64,000 bases of DNA, taken from Mustelus asterias. Lineage: Eukaryota. Below, one piece after another: positions 11,928 to 26,079 of this stretch. Numbering within the stretch: position 1 is the stretch's first letter; every line of letters begins with the position of its first letter. The notes beneath the pieces were generated by a model. That model worked only from the letters and a program-made list of their open reading frames with translations, searched no databases and was not told the DNA's origin. Position numbers and translations under genes: made by a program. The stretch is taken from positions 1,426,001-1,490,000 of the forward strand of contig NW_027590128.1 of NCBI RefSeq assembly GCF_964213995.1, in the 5' to 3' direction.

Positions 11928-13967
11928 ATGGGTGAGATCCTAAATGAAGATTTCTCATCAGTATTTACTGTTGAGAAAAGCATGGATGTGAGGGAACTTG
12001 GGGAAATAAATAGTGATGTACGTATTACAGAGAAGGAGATGCTGGAAGTCTTAAAGCGCATCGAGGTAGATAAATTCCCGCGACCTGATGATGTGCATCG
12101 TTGGATATTGTGGGAGGCAAGGGAGGAATTTGCGGGACTCCGAGCAGAGATATTTGAATCATCGTTAGTCACAAGTGAGGTGCTGAAGATTGGAGGGTGG
12201 CAAATGTTGTGCCTTTGTTTAAAAAGGGCTGCAGGGAAAAGCCTGGGAACTATAGGCCAGTGAGCCTCACATCTATGGTGGGTAAGTTGCTGGAACGTAT
12301 TTTGAGAGACAGGATCTCCAGGCATTTAGAGATGCAAGGACTGGTTAGGGACAGTCGGCATGGCTTTGTGAGTGGAAAATCATGTGTCACAAATTTGATT
12401 GAGTTTTTGAAGGGATAGCCAAGAAGGTCAGTGCAGTTGATGTTGTCCACATGGAATTTAGCAAGGCCTGTGACAAGTTTCCACATGGTAGGTTGTTCGT
12501 AAGGTTAAATCTCACGGGATCCAGGGTGAGGAAGATAAATGGATACAAAATTGGCTTGACAGAAGCCAGAGGGTGGTTGTAGAGGTTGTTATTCAAACTG
12601 GAGGCCTGCGACCAGCGGTGAACCTCAGGGATCAGTGTTGGGCCAAGGTTATTTGTCATCTATATTAATGATTTGGATGAAAATATAGGAGGCATGGTTG
12701 GTAAGTTTGCAGGTGACACCAAGATTTGTGGCATAGTGGACAGCGCGGAAGGTTATTTCGGATTGCAACGGGATCTTGATCAATTGGGCCAGTAGGCTAA
12801 CGAATGGCCGATGGAGTTTAATTTAGACAAATGCGAGGTGAGGCATTTTGGTAGATTGAACCAGGGCAGGACTTACTCAGTTAATGGTAGGGCGTTGGGG
12901 AGACTTACAGAACAAAGAGATCTAGGGGTACAGGTTCATAGCTCCTTGAAAGTGGAGTCACAGGTGGACAGAGTGGTGAAGACGGCATTCAGCATGCTTG
13001 GTTTCATTGGTCAGAACATTGAATATTGGAGTTGGGACGTCTTGTTGAAGTTATACAAGACGTAAGGCCACACTTTGAATGATGTGTACAGTTCTGGTCA
13101 CCCTATTATAGAAAGGATATTATTAAACTAGAAAGAGTGCAGAAAAGATTTTCTAGGATGCTAACGGGATTTGGTGGTTTGAATCATAGAAACCCTACAG
13201 TGCAGAAGGAGGCCATTCGGCCCATCGAGTCTGCACCGACCACAATCCCACACAGGCCCTACCTCCACATACTTTACCCACTAATCCCTCTAACCTACGC
13301 ATCCCAGGACTCTAAGGAGCAATTTTTTTAACCTGGCCAATTAACCTAACCCACACATCTTTGGACTGTGGGAGGAAACCGGAGCACCCGGAGGAAACCC
13401 ACGCAGACACGAGGAGAATGTGCAAACTCCACACAGACAGTGACCCGAGCCGGGAATCGAACCCAGAACCCTGGAGCTGTGCAGCAGCAGTGCTAACCAC
13501 TGTGCTACCGTGCCGCCCTATTGAGTTATAAGGAGAGGCTGGATAGATTGGAACTTTTTTCCCTGGAGTGTAGAAGGCTGAGGGGTGATCTCATAGAGCT
13601 CTATAAAATAATGAGGGGCATAGATCAGTTAGATAGTCAATATCTTTTTCCAAAGGTAGGGGAATCTGAAACTAGAGGGCATAGGTTCAAGGTGAGAGGG
13701 GAGAGATACAAAAGTGTCCACAGGGGCATTTTGTTCACACAGCGGGTGGTGAGTGTCCGGAACAAGCCGCCAGAGGTAGTAGTAGAGGCAGGTACAATTT
13801 TGTGTTTTAAAAAGCATTTGGATAGTTACATGGGGGTAAGATGGATACAGAGGGATATGGGCCAAATGCAGGCAATTGGGGCTAGCTTAGGGCTTAAAAA
13901 ATGGACGCCATGAAAAAGTTGGGCCAAAAGGCCTGTTTCCATGTTGTAAACCTCTATGATTCTATGA
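11928..13967 (+). mobile_element. CR1 LINE (decayed ORF2)
   Basis: Fragmented ORFs (PGNYRPVSLTS, MEFNLDKCEV, LERVQ) and (tctatgac) tail; same subfamily as 33490-34590 and 41870-43570. Confidence 0.88.
13184..13518 (-). mobile_element. HE1-type V-SINE inserted in CR1
   Basis: Reverse complement begins gggcggcacggtagcacagtggttagcactgc...gggttcgattcccgg; V-domain intact. Confidence 0.85.
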
Positions 13968-14097
13968 CACTATGACACACACATGCATCTCGAGGCAGGC
14001 ATACCGCCCCCGGCCCCCCTACACGCACACATACACAGACACACACTGAGACATTGAGAGACACACACACCCAGAACCACACACAAAACACAGACAG

Positions 14098-14444
14098 ACT
14101 GGATTTGGGGACCAAATAAAATATTTCCAACCTTGCTGATGAGCACAACTAATGGTGAGGAGGATACAAGGAGGACTTGAAGGGAATTGGGACAGGCTGA
14201 GTCAATGGGCAAGAACATGGCAGATGGAATAAAACTGAATATGTGTGAAGTTATCCATTCTGGCAGAAAAAAAAGACATCAGAAAGGCAGAGTATTTCCT
14301 AAACAGTGCGAGATTGGACAGGGTTGTTGCCAGAGAGAGCTGGATGTCCTTATTCATGGGTCACGAAAAACTAGCATGTCGGCACAGCAAGACACGTGGA
14401 AGGCAAATGATACATATTTGTCTAATCAAATAGGAGCGCGAGAG

Positions 14445-14484
<40 letters not shown>

Positions 14485-15340
14485 CCATGATCTGTTTGAA
14501 AGTTGGAGCATTATTTTTGGGCCAAATGGCCTACTCATGCTCCTTTGAGATTGAAATACATTTGCACGCCGCAGACACTCACACAGACAAGCATGGACGT
14601 ACAGGCACACAGGCGTACACACACACGCACAAACACACACACAAATCGAGAGACACTCAAACTGAGGTATTGAGAGGCAGACATGCCCAGAAACAAACAC
14701 AGAGATTGGAACACAAGCAGAAACTTGATGTGGGGACCAAATAAAATAATTCAAACCTTGTTGATGGCACAGACATAATGGAGAGGAGGATGCAATGGGG
14801 GCTTCAAGGAGATTTGGACAGGCTGAGTGAATGCGCAAAGACATGGCAGATGGGATAAAAAGTGACTAAGTATGAAGATTTCCACTATGGTTGGGGAAAA
14901 AGAAACAGAAATACAGAATATTTTCTATATGGTGCGAGGTTGAAAAGAGTTGACTTCCAGACAGACCTGGTCACTAAACGCTAGCGGCAGGTACAGCAAA
15001 CAATGAGGAAGGCAAATGGTACGTTTGTGTGTCACCAAATATTAATGTGCGTGTGCGTGTGTGTGTGTGTGCTTGTGTACGTCTGTGTGAGTGTTTGTGT
15101 GTGTGCTTTTGTATGGGTGGGTACGTGTGTGTGTGCCATAATCAGTTTGAATGTTCGATCTTTATCGATGGGCCAAATGCCTGCTCTTATGTTGCTTCGA
15201 GGCTTGAATACTTAAATACGCGCAGACACTTACACAGACAGGTATGGACATACAGACATGGAGGCGTACAAACACACACACATAAACACACACACACACT
15301 CAAACGCACATACACACACACATATACCTATACAGAATGA
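14098..15340 (+). repeat. Diverged tandem duplication, about 620 bp per unit (CR1 remnant plus TG/CA tracts)
   Basis: Units start near 14098 and 14722, both with ggggaccaaataaaata.tt.caaccttg.tgatg and the same downstream order. Confidence 0.65.
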
Positions 15341-16129
15341 TATGCAGTTTAGTTGTATTTATTAAGACAATGCGATAGAATGTGATAGAATGCTGAATAT
15401 GCTAGTTTGCAAATGACACAAAAACAGCATTGTAATTAGCGTAGCTGGAAGCACCGATTTGCAAAGAAATATTAATAGTTTGTGAATGGATAAAACTAGT
15501 GGATGTTTTCAGTGCAGGGAAATGTAAGCTAGAATTGAATGTAAGATTTAGAATTGAAAATCAAAGAACCATGTTGTTTATAAATGTCTATATGCTAAGA
15601 GTAAGGATTGATCAACGAATGTCTTTATTCAAATTCTTTAGACAGGTGAAGAAGACAGAAAGCACAAACACTGAGAGACCGAAAAATATATTCGAAGCTT
15701 AGTATTCATGTTTGAATGTGAAGATCTGAGATCATGATTGAAATAAAGAGTCCGCAATCAGAACCGGCAACATTTATGTTCCGTTTTTCATAAAATTACA
15801 AGTCAGCATTTAAAAATTCCTTGAATAGAGCAGCAGGAGAAGAAATTTTACTCTGTAAGCAGTATGTATGTTGAGAGTACTCGATTAACAGTGTAAATGA
15901 TGTTTAAATCTAAAACGCTGGAATTTAGTTAAGGAGTGACTTAATCATACCCAAAAGGAGAGGGTTGATAAACAGGAACAGTTGCTGCTGGTTGGGGAGT
16001 CCAAGATTTAATCAAACAGGATTTTAGACGATGTTTAATGTTTAAGACTTTCAGGAGCGAAACCAGGAAGCATTTTGCCTCACTTTCCTCCATTAAGACA
16101 TTTCCTAAATCCAACCCTTTTTTGACGAA

Positions 16130-16665
16130 ATCTAATATTGTGGGCAGTTTTGGTCTCCTTATCGAAGAAAGAATACATTTGCAATAAAAAGAGTGCAGAA
16201 AAAGTACACCAGAATGATTCTTGGAATGGCATGATTGTCCTTTTAGGGGAGATTGGGCGACTGCATCTGTATTCACTGGAGGTTCGAACAATGAAAGGCG
16301 GTGTCATTGAAATATACAGAATTCTAGCAGGCACGGACAGACTGGATGCAGGGATGGTGTTTCCTTTGGTGGGGTCTAGAACAAGGGGTCAAAGTTTCAG
16401 TGTACAGGGTTGGATATTTAGGTCTGAGATGAGGAAAAATGCCCTCACTCAGAGGCTGGTAAAACTGTAGTTATCTACCGCAGAAGTTTGTGGATGCGAA
16501 ATCAGAGAATATATTTTAAATGGAAATATATCACTATACTCTTAAGGTGTCAAAAATTATGAGGAGAGGGCGAGTATGGTGTCGAGTTACAGGGTCAGCC
16601 ACGGTCGTGTCGAATGGCAGAGCAGGGTCGAAGGGCCGAACGGTCTACTCCTGCTCTTATTTTCT
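16130..16665 (+). mobile_element. Old CR1 3' fragment
   Basis: ORF 16138-16470 resembles the RT C-terminus; CR1 3' UTR gaagggccgaa..ctactcctg. Confidence 0.65.
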
Positions 16666-17363
16666 AACTTTCTCTATATTTTATATGTCCGTGCGGGAAA
16701 GTGCTGGGTAATGCCACTGAATATTAATTATTTCATAAAGCCCACAAAACGAAATGAATCTAATTGATTTCTGGCTCTGTAACATGCTTATGATTGAAAC
16801 TATCCTTAAATAGTCTTCATTCAACATTATGGGATGGTGGTAGCGAAGTGGCGATGTCATTGGATTAGCAACGCAGAAACCAAGGCTAATTCCCTTAAAG
16901 AAATGAATTCAATGCCCACCCCAGCACTTGATGTAATTTCAATTCAATTAATCGAAATCTAGCCTCTAGTAAAAACTATGGCAACCATCGTCGATTGCCG
17001 TTAAGAAAGCCTTGTCGTTCGATGGTTTGCATCTTATCATTGCAGCAAAATAAAATTGGACATGGTCTCAGACGAAAGATTACTTCAGATCCTATGCTTT
17101 TCGGGGTAATATATTAGCATGGATAGAGAATTGCCTAATCGATAGGAGACAGCGAGTTGGGAAAAGAGGAGTATTTTCAGGATGGAGTGCCACAGGGATC
17201 AATGCTCCGGACACAATTGTTTACAATATACATTAGTGACTTGGACGAGGGAAGTGAATGTGCTATTGCCAAAATGGCGGCTGAGAGTAGACGAGGTGCG
17301 TATGGTAGTAAATGTGCATTTAGTTCAACAATGTCCTTTGGAGAAGGAAATATGCCAGCTAGC

Positions 17364-17651
17364 GGGGGCGGCGTGGTAGGACAGTGGTTAGCTCTGCTAC
17401 ACAGCGCCAGGGACCCGGGTTCGATTCCCAAATTGGGCCACTGTCTGTCTGGAGTTTGCACGTTCTCCCCGTGTCTGCGTGGGTTTCCTCCGGTTGCTCC
17501 GGTTTCCTCCCACATTGTGGTTCTGGTTAAGGTGCACTGACCCGAACAAGCGCCGGACTGTGGCGATTAGGGGAATTTCACAGTAACTTAATTGCAGTGT
17601 TTAATGTAAGTTTTACTTGCGACTAATAAATAAACTTTGAACTTTGACTTT
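17364..17651 (+). mobile_element. V-SINE
   Basis: tRNA head with box B gggttcgattccc and V-domain. Confidence 0.8.
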
Positions 17652-18823
17652 GGATTCAAGAAGCAATGTAGTGGGCCCTGAAATTGTCCAGTGGGAAATT
17701 AGGAATGCCCACATCCAAGGAATAAAAATAAAGTTTTTTTTAGTCCAATATGACATTACAAATATGACAATATGACATTGGATCTACAAAGGTTGGACAC
17801 TGCAAGTTTAGGAGCAGCTGAACTGGATATTCAGCCGTGTAAGTTCATTATATCGGTGCAATGTCCTCAATTGCCTTCCCACATGATGCTGGCTCCCTGT
17901 CCATCACACAGCAGATAATGATATTAAGTAAGCTTATCCTTACTGGTCACGACCTTCACCGCTGAATGTGGATGTCTCAGTGTTGTAATTAGTAAATGTA
18001 CAGGAACAATTTCCAAGACAGAAATTTTGCATTGCAGCAGTTGCATCATATTTACCTCACAGAGTACAGAAGAAAAACATTTAATTTGCATTATTTCGGG
18101 AGTGCTGTATACAAAGTTCACACGAAGTCAAGCCAAGAATGCACACATCGTTTTCGTATGAAGTGAAGTGTCACTGACTTGCAGAGATTACAGGACCATA
18201 TAGGCAGGCTGGTCAGATAGGCAGAGCAGTGGCAAATGGAATTTAATCCTGAAAAGTGTGAGGTGATGCATTTTGCGAGGAGTAGCAAGGCACGGGAATG
18301 CATAATGAACCGGAGGATGCTAGAAAGTGCAGAGGACTAGAGGGACCTTGTCTCGCAAGTCCAAAAATCATTTATGCCGTAATATATAAGGCGACAACCA
18401 AGTGCTGAAAAATGAAACTGGAATAGAGAGGGGCTAAATGGCTGGAGCAGGCACAATGGGCCGCAGGGCCTCTTCCTGTTCTGTAAAACTCAATGACTAT
18501 GACTCTACTGTTCCTAAAGCAAGAGCTATGGGCCTAATGGTCTCCTCCATTGTTGTAGGATTCTAATAATCTGCTGTTTGTAAATTCTGACCCAGAGTTG
18601 TCAGAGGACATTTTAATTTTTCACTCCTTAACCCACACCACTTCCCATCCCCATCCCCCCCTCCCCACGCTCTCCCCGCCCCCCGCCCCCCCCACCCCCT
18701 GGCTCTCCCAACCAATACAACAGCAGCTATTACAGGACGAAGATTCTTTACAGGTGTATTAGAATCGGACAATACTTTCTTAAACTATAACCAGACATAA
18801 ATGCAGAGAATAGCTTCGCTTAC

Positions 18824-18883
18824 TGGGTTCGACAGTGAGTTTTATTCCACTGCCAAAGATAAGCTTTCTGATTGCAAAGTGTG
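18824..18883 (-). other. TRDJ: J segment J8, HFAIRKLIFGSGIKLTVEP; heptamer variant CATAGTG, probably non-functional or weak
   Basis: FGxG motif, donor gtaagc; RSS catagtg (18884-18890), 12-bp spacer, acaaaattg (18903-18911). Confidence 0.88.
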
Positions 18884-19924
18884 CATAGTGATACCAGATG
18901 GTACAAAATTGACATAACCCCATGAATAGCAATGTTAGGATTGTTTTTCATGACGAGGTTTTTGAAATTCGATTTGCTTCCACAGCCGGTTCATCTGCGT
19001 TGATGCAGGATGGCGGCAGGATCGAGAACCGGGGCTCATTGCCAAAGGATATGGGACTGACATGAGGAGAATTTCTTTTTCACCAAGTGAATGAAAATCC
19101 CGTGCAATTCACAATTACAAAGCAGTTGAAGCCAAAGCATTATGCTTCCAAGAAAGAATTAAATATGGCTCTTGGGCTAAAAGGATAAAAGGATATGAGG
19201 GGAAAGCAGGAACAGGCTATTGAGTTGGATGACCAACCTTGGTCATAATGAATGGTGGAGGAGGCTGGAAGGGCCGAATGGCTTACTCCTGCTCCAACTT
19301 CCTATGTTTCTATTTCCACTCTCCCATTAAACTTAAGTTCCTTTGCTCGAATGTTTCAAAAGCCCATGAGTGGCGGGATGATAATGCCACTGAAAAAGTA
19401 TTACAGAGGTCACGACAACACATTTGGCTACGTGCGTATAAATCCCATCATGGCATCTGGTGGAACTTCAATTTGATTAATAAAATCTGGAGTTGAAATC
19501 TAGTCTCAGGAATGGGACCATGAAACAATTGTTGATTCTCTTCAGGACTCGACAGAATCACTAATGTCCTTCAGGGAAGGAAATCCCACATGTCCTGTTC
19601 TACTTGTGACTCCAGACCAAGAGCAATGTAGTTGGCTCGCAACTGTCCGTCTAAAACTGAGAAAGTCACTCATTTCAAAGGGCAATTAGGGATGAATAAC
19701 AAATGTTCGCCTTTCCAGTGACGCTCATAAGTGTAAATGCTAAAACAGCATTCGAAAGAGGCATCAAAGGCACATCAGGGCACTTTCCATCCCTCAGGAT
19801 TTTATTCTTTAAACAGCTATGAGAACCCTATTTCTGTTGGAATTATCCACCGAAGCCATCAGTTTGTCTATCAGTACAGTTGTTCTATCGTAACTGTAAG
19901 ACCCTCTATGTGTTTTTTGCCAGA

Positions 19925-20760
19925 GCGGCTAATAAAGCATTCTGGGCTTTATTGATCGAGGCATCGAGTACAAGAGCAAAGAGGTTATGGTGAACTTATA
20001 TAAGACATCCAATTAAACCTCAATTGGAATATTGTGAAAAGTTCTGGGAACCATACAATAGGAAGGATGGGAATGCGTTGGAGGGAGTGAAGTAAAGGTT
20101 GACAGGACGGTTGCCGGGATGAGCAACTTCAGTTTGAGAATAACTTGGAAATGTTATGAGAATATGAGTTATGAGGTATGAGAATAGGTTGGAAAGATTG
20201 GAACTGTTCCCTTGGAGGGAAGGTTAAAAGGAGATTTATTCGAGCTGTTCAAAATCACGAGGGGGCTGGTTACAGTAGAGAGGGAGGAGATGTTCCCTCT
20301 CGCAAAAGGATGGAGAACGAGAGGGCAGAGATTTAAAATGATTTCCAACAGAGGAAAAAGTGAAATGAGAAAATAACTTTTTTACAAACCGATTGGTTCT
20401 GTCATGCAATGCATTGCCTGGAAGTGGGAACAGCTGTTCCCCTTAGTTAACCGGTCAATAACGAGGGATATAATTTTAAGATGAGTAGCAGGACGTTTAG
20501 GCGGGATCTGAGGATTTGAGAAATTTGTTTTTGACCCTGAGTGTGGTGGATGTCTAGAATGCACTGCCTGGGAGGGTAACAGAGGCGAGGAAACTCTCAA
20601 TATTTAAGCAGTAGGTGGATGAACAGTTCAAATGTTGTAACATTCAAGGTTATGGGCCAAGTGCCAGAAAGTGGGATTAGTGTAGATTTTGTGTCGTTTT
20701 ATTGGTGGAGATTCGACGGGCTGAAGGGCCCCATCTCTGCTGTAAGAGATTTGATTTTGG
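19925..20760 (+). mobile_element. Old CR1 3' fragments
   Basis: Decayed GIEYKS, LEYC and GDL motifs plus 3' UTR gggctgaagggcc. Confidence 0.6.
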
Positions 20761-21071
20761 AGTTTAAACAGAACAATGATGCTTGCTCGTCTCCCCCCTT
20801 TCTTTTGGGTTAACTCTCTGGATGGAATCTTCCTATCCCGTTAACAGGACACAATTCTGCTTCTCAGTTCAATACCATAATACCAGGGCCCTCTAATGCC
20901 TGGGTAAGCTTAGCTTGATCAAAACTGACTCAAAACCGTGCAATCTCTTCGTCTGCATGCCACATATTATATTGGCACTCTGCCTAACTTGACTGGAACA
21001 CTTACAACAGAAAACTAGATCACAGAGGAGATGTGGAATGAAAGAAAAAGAAACACTGACTTCACACTCAC

Positions 21072-21121
21072 TTGGTACAACTGTCACCTGGGTGCCGCTG
21101 CCGAACGTTAGCTTATCGTAG
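21072..21121 (-). CDS. TRDJ: J segment J7, functional: YDKLTFGSGTQVTVVP
   Basis: RSS cacagta (21122-21128), 12-bp spacer, acagaaacc (21141-21149); FGSG; donor gtgagt, phase 1. Confidence 0.93.
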
Positions 21122-22199
21122 CACAGTAACAATTGCTCAGACAGAAACCTTCTATTGAGATAGCTGTTTCAGATTTCAGGCAGTTCACGGCAAAGGCAAA
21201 GCTGGAATAGTCACTGATTCGCTGCAGGTAACAGATATTGCATATCTTCCCCTTCGCACCATCAAAGGCTAAATTGGCCGAATACCCTCCTTGGATGCTC
21301 TAAGATTCTATCAACGTGAAGAATTTCTGAGCCAAGGTAGCCACTAGTCAAAGATAGCATCCACATCCTCCCCTGCAACAAATATATTTAGCCTCTGAAC
21401 ATAGGTTAGGAAACATAGGAACAAGGGAAGGCTATTCAGCCCTTTGCGCCTGCTGTGCCAATCTCTGAAATGCCTTAACAGAAATTTGCAACATGGCCTA
21501 GCCAGTGACGCCTCAACCCCTGGCAGAAAAGAAATACGATTCAAATGATAGTATTTAATTTGTTAACTAAGCTTTCCCTCCTTACAGATGCTGCCTGACC
21601 TGCTGGGGGTTTTCCCAACATTATCTGTTCTTATTGTCATAATCCTGTTAGATTTCGAAGAGGTAAGTCAGTTGAGTCTGAAAGATGCGTTTACGTTTCG
21701 TTGAATCAACTCGGGCTCATTTTCCAAAAGGGAGAGATTTTGTATTCATTCATGGGACATGGGCAACGGGTGGCTGACCAGCATTTATTATTCATTCCCA
21801 ATTGCCCTTGAGAGTCAACCAAATTGCATATGTAGGCCAGGTCAGATCAGGATGGCAGATTTCTTTCTCTAAAGGACATTACTCAACCAGGTGGGTTTTT
21901 CCAACAATGGCTTTCTTTGTCGACAGTAGATTCTTAATTGCAGATTATTGAATTCAAATTCCACCATCTGCCGTGGCGAGATTTGAACGCGGGTCGCCAG
22001 AAAACTATTGAGTTCCTGGATTAATAATCTAGCGATAATACCACTAGGCCACTGCCGCGACCCAGTTCCACCACCTCACAATAATGCAAGGTCACCCAAT
22101 GAAACGAATATGCCAGGTGGTTGGGAACTTATGTAAGGAGTCAGGGAAGGAGGGAACAAGGACAAAACATGATGTAGAAAAGGAAATAAGAAAAATGAT

Positions 22200-25123
22200 A
22201 GGCAGAGAAACCAAGGACAAAATTCAAAAAGGGCTATAGAGAAAAGTACTGGGAGCGAGGCAATCAATGTTAAAAAGATAAGCTTAAAGGCTCTGTGCCT
22301 TAATGCGCGGAGTATTTGCAATAAAGGGAATGAACTAATCTTGCAGATAGATGTAAACGGGTATGCTATAATTGGAATTATGGAGACATGGCTGCAGGGT
22401 TCCCAGGGATGAGAACTGAATGTCCCAGGGTATTCAGTAGTTAGGAAGGACAGGCATAAAGGAAAAAGTGGTGGAGTGGCACTGCTGGCTAAAGAGGAAA
22501 TTAACACAATAGTGAGAAAGGATATTAGCTCTGATATTGTGGCATCTGTGCGGGTAGAGTTGAGAGATACCAATGGGGCAGAAAACATCAGTGGGTGTCA
22601 TATATAGACCCCGAAACTGCAGTGGTGATGTTGGAAATGGCATTAAACACGAAATTAGAGATCAATGGTGATTTTAATCTGCACATTGATTGAGCAACTC
22701 AAATTAACCACAATTAGAGGACGAATTTCTGGAGTGGATACGGGATGGTTTCCCTGACCAATATGTGAAGGAACCAACTAGGGAGCAGGCCACCTTAGAC
22801 TGGGTGCTGTGTAGTGACAAGGTAATAATTGCCAATTATTAGCTGTGCGAGACCCCTTGGGGATGAGTGATCATAGCATGAGAGAATTTTTTATCAGGAT
22901 GGAGAGTGAAGTAGTTGACTCAGAGACTACAATGCTGAATCTTAATGAAGGAAACTATGAGGATATGAGGCGTGATTTGGCCTTCATAGATTGGGGAGAC
23001 ATATTTAAAGGGATGACAATGGATAGGCAACGTGAAACATTCAAGGAACGCATGGGGGAACTGTAGCAACTGTTTATCCCTGTCTGGCACAAAAGCAAAA
23101 TCAGTAAGAGCGTCAATCCATGGCTTACAAAGGAAATTAGAGATAGTATCCGATCAAAGGAAGAAGCATACAGATTGGCCAAGAACAACAATAAGACTAA
23201 GGATTGGGAGCAGTTTAGAATTCAGCAAAGTACGAAGGGATTGATTAACAAGGGGAAAATGCAGTCCGAAAGTAAACTTGCAGGGAACATAAAGACTGAC
23301 ACTAATACTTTCTAAATGTAGATCCCCTACAGACAGAGATGGGGGAATGTATAATAGGGGACAAGGAAATGACTGACCAGCTGAATACATACTTTGGTTC
23401 TCTCTTCACAAATGAGGACACAAATCAGATACCAGAAATGTTGGAGAATGCAATATTGAGTAAGAGGGAAGAACTGAGGGAAATCAACATGAGTAGAGAA
23501 ATGTTGCTGGGAAGATTGATGGGATTGAATGTGGATAAATCCCCAGGGGTTGATAATCTACATCCCAGAGTACTTGAGGAAGTGGCTCTAGAAATAATGG
23601 ATGCATTGGTGGTAATCTTCCAGGATTCTATAGACTCTGGAAGAGTCCCTGCAGATTGGAGAGTAGCTAATGTTATTCCAATATTCAGAAAGGGTTGTAG
23701 AGAGAAAACAGGGAATTATAGACCAGTAAGCCTCACATCGGTAGTGGGGAAAATTCTCGAATCCATTATCAAGTACTTATAGCGGAGTACTTTGAAAGCA
23801 GTGGCAGGATCAGACAGAATCAGCATGGATTTATGAAGGGGAAATCATGCTTGAGAAATCTGTTGGAATTCTTTGAAGATGTAACGAGTAGGGTTGACAA
23901 GGGGGAGCCAGTCGATGTGGTATATTTGGACTTTAAGAAATCGTTTGGCAAAGTCCCGCATAAGAGATTATCGGGCATATTTAAAGTGCATGGAATTGGG
24001 GAACTGTATTTAGATGGACAGAAAATTGGTTGGCAGAGAGGAAATAAAGAGTAGGAATTAATTTGCCATTTTCAAATTGGCAGGCAGTATCTTGTGGAGT
24101 GCCACAGGGATCGGTGCTGGGACCCCAGCTATTCACAATATGTATTAATGATTTGGACGAGGGAACAAAATGTAACATCTCAAAGTTTGCAGATGATACC
24201 AAGTTGGCTGGGAGGGTGAACTGTGACGAGGATGCAGAGATCCTTCAGCCTGATCTGGACAGGCTGGGTGAGTTGTCAAATCAGTGGTAGATGCAGTATA
24301 ATTTGGATAAGTGTGAGTTTATTCACTTTGGAAACAAAAACAAGAAGGCAGATTACTACCTGAATGGCTCTAAATTGGGGGAGGAGAGTTTGCATCGAGA
24401 CCTGGGTGTCCTTATTCAACAGTCGCTGAAGTTAAGCATGCAGGTGCAGCAGGCAGTAAAGAAGGCAAATGGTATGCTGGCCTTCATTGCGAGTGGTTTT
24501 GAGTACAGGAGCAGGGATGTGTCATTGCAATTATAGAGGGACTTGGTGAGGCCGCACCTAGAATATTGTGTGCAGTTTTGGTCTCCTTTTCTGAGGAAGG
24601 ATGTCTTTGCTCTCGAGGTACTGCAGCGAAACTTTACCAGGCTGATTCCGGGGATGATGGAGCTGATGTACGAGGAGAGATTGACTAGGTTAGGACTGTT
24701 TTCGCTGGACTTCAGACGAATGAGGGGGGAATCTTATGGAGACTTACAAAATTCCGATAGGACGAGACAGCATAGATGCAGGGAGGATGTTCCTGATGAT
24801 GAGGGAGTCCAGAATCAGGGGTCACAGTCTGAGGATTCGTGGTGGACCATTTAGGACGGAGGTGAGGAGACATTTCTTCACCCAAGGAGTGCTAGCTTGT
24901 GGAATTCATTACCCCAGGAAGTAGTAGATGCCAAAACATTGAATGTACTCAAGAGGCAGCTAGATATAGCACTTGGGGCGAATGGGATCAAAAGTTATGG
25001 GGAAAAAGCAGGATTAGGTTACTGAGTTGGACGATCAGCCGTGATCGTAATGAAGGGCAGAGTAGGCTCGAAGGGCCGAATGGCCTCCTCCTGCTACGAT
25101 CTTCTACGTTTTTATGTTTCTAT
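22200..25123 (+). mobile_element. Long CR1 LINE with decayed ORF2 (endonuclease plus RT)
   Basis: APE N-terminus (LCLNARSICNK...GIMETWL) near 22280, RT motifs to about 24950, 3' UTR with (tttctatg) tail; multiple stops and frameshifts. Confidence 0.9.
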
Positions 25124-25377
25124 GAGGCACCCATCAATGCCTGTCACATTGCTGAGGCCTAAAGATTGGCCTGCCACCTGCAGCATGTCTAAATAAGCAT
25201 TGAGACCTGAGCTAGCTGTCTCCCTATCTTCTTGAAGCTCATCTTACAGGCAGAATGCGTTCAATTGTATTCCATGTAATACTTTGTATCGTTGTCTACT
25301 TGCTATTTGTCAGACACCATATAGCGAAAACATAATCTGCATGAAACAAAATGAATGTAACTTCCAATCGTACTCAT

Positions 25378-25438
25378 TTGGCACAACAGTTAACTGGGTG
25401 CCTCTGCCAAATATGAGCTTCACTGTATCATCATAATG
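25378..25438 (-). pseudogene. TRDJ: J segment J6, HYDDTVKLIFGRGTQLTVVP, with mutated splice donor (ATGAGT)
   Basis: RSS cacagta (25439-25445), 12-bp spacer, acataaacc is intact; donor GT changed to AT at 25377. Confidence 0.88.
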
Positions 25439-26019
25439 CACAGTACAAAGAGCACAGACATAAACCTTCCATTGGAGTGAAGATGCAGCTGTCATTTAGC
25501 GCATGATGAATCACACTCATTAATTCGAGGGCAGAGCAATATATACAAAGTTCACATTAGGAAGAGCCCTTGAGACCCTTGAAGGAAACTTCAGCTACTT
25601 AAATTCTAACCAGATCCAAACTGAAAATTTTAAATGTCTTATTCGGTTGAATAGTGAATGCGTTGCTCTGCCAAAGATAAGTTTTAAAGTTTTGGTGCTA
25701 GAACATCTGTACACAATGTGACAAAAAATTAAACCGAACCAGATGAGCCGAAATATAAGATTTATTTACATTTTATTTCTCCTGAGTTTGAGTTTTGAGT
25801 TCAATTTCAGCTTCTGCTGACTTCAATAGCCAGGGCAGGTTATATCTTGAAAGAAAAATATTTCCCCATCCACCAATTTAAATGCAATTCCCTCTTCCAG
25901 CCTGTTAGCTCCATATGACATATATTTCTATCCACTTTACAAATGGGAATTTAATTCTCAGTAAATATTGTTCAGATTTTCTGCGTCCGCAGTGCTTCAC
26001 TTTTTGTGAGGGTGCTTAT

Positions 26020-26079
26020 TGGGTTCCACAGTGACTTTGGTTCCAGTGCCAAGGTTCAGCCTTTCATCGGCGGGGGTGA
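26020..26079 (-). pseudogene. TRDJ: J segment J5, TPADERLNLGTGTKVTVEP; donor ATAAGC, weak RSS
   Basis: LGTG instead of FGxG; GT changed to AT at 26019; RSS cactgtc, 12-bp spacer, aaacaaatc. Confidence 0.8.

Noticed and set aside
17938-17985. J-like ending ...AVKVVT followed by gtaagg on the minus strand
   Set aside because: No GxG motif and no RSS.
25371-26019. AT donors of J5/J6 as U12-type AT-AC introns
   Set aside because: They do not match ATATCCTT, and the C exon acceptor is AG.
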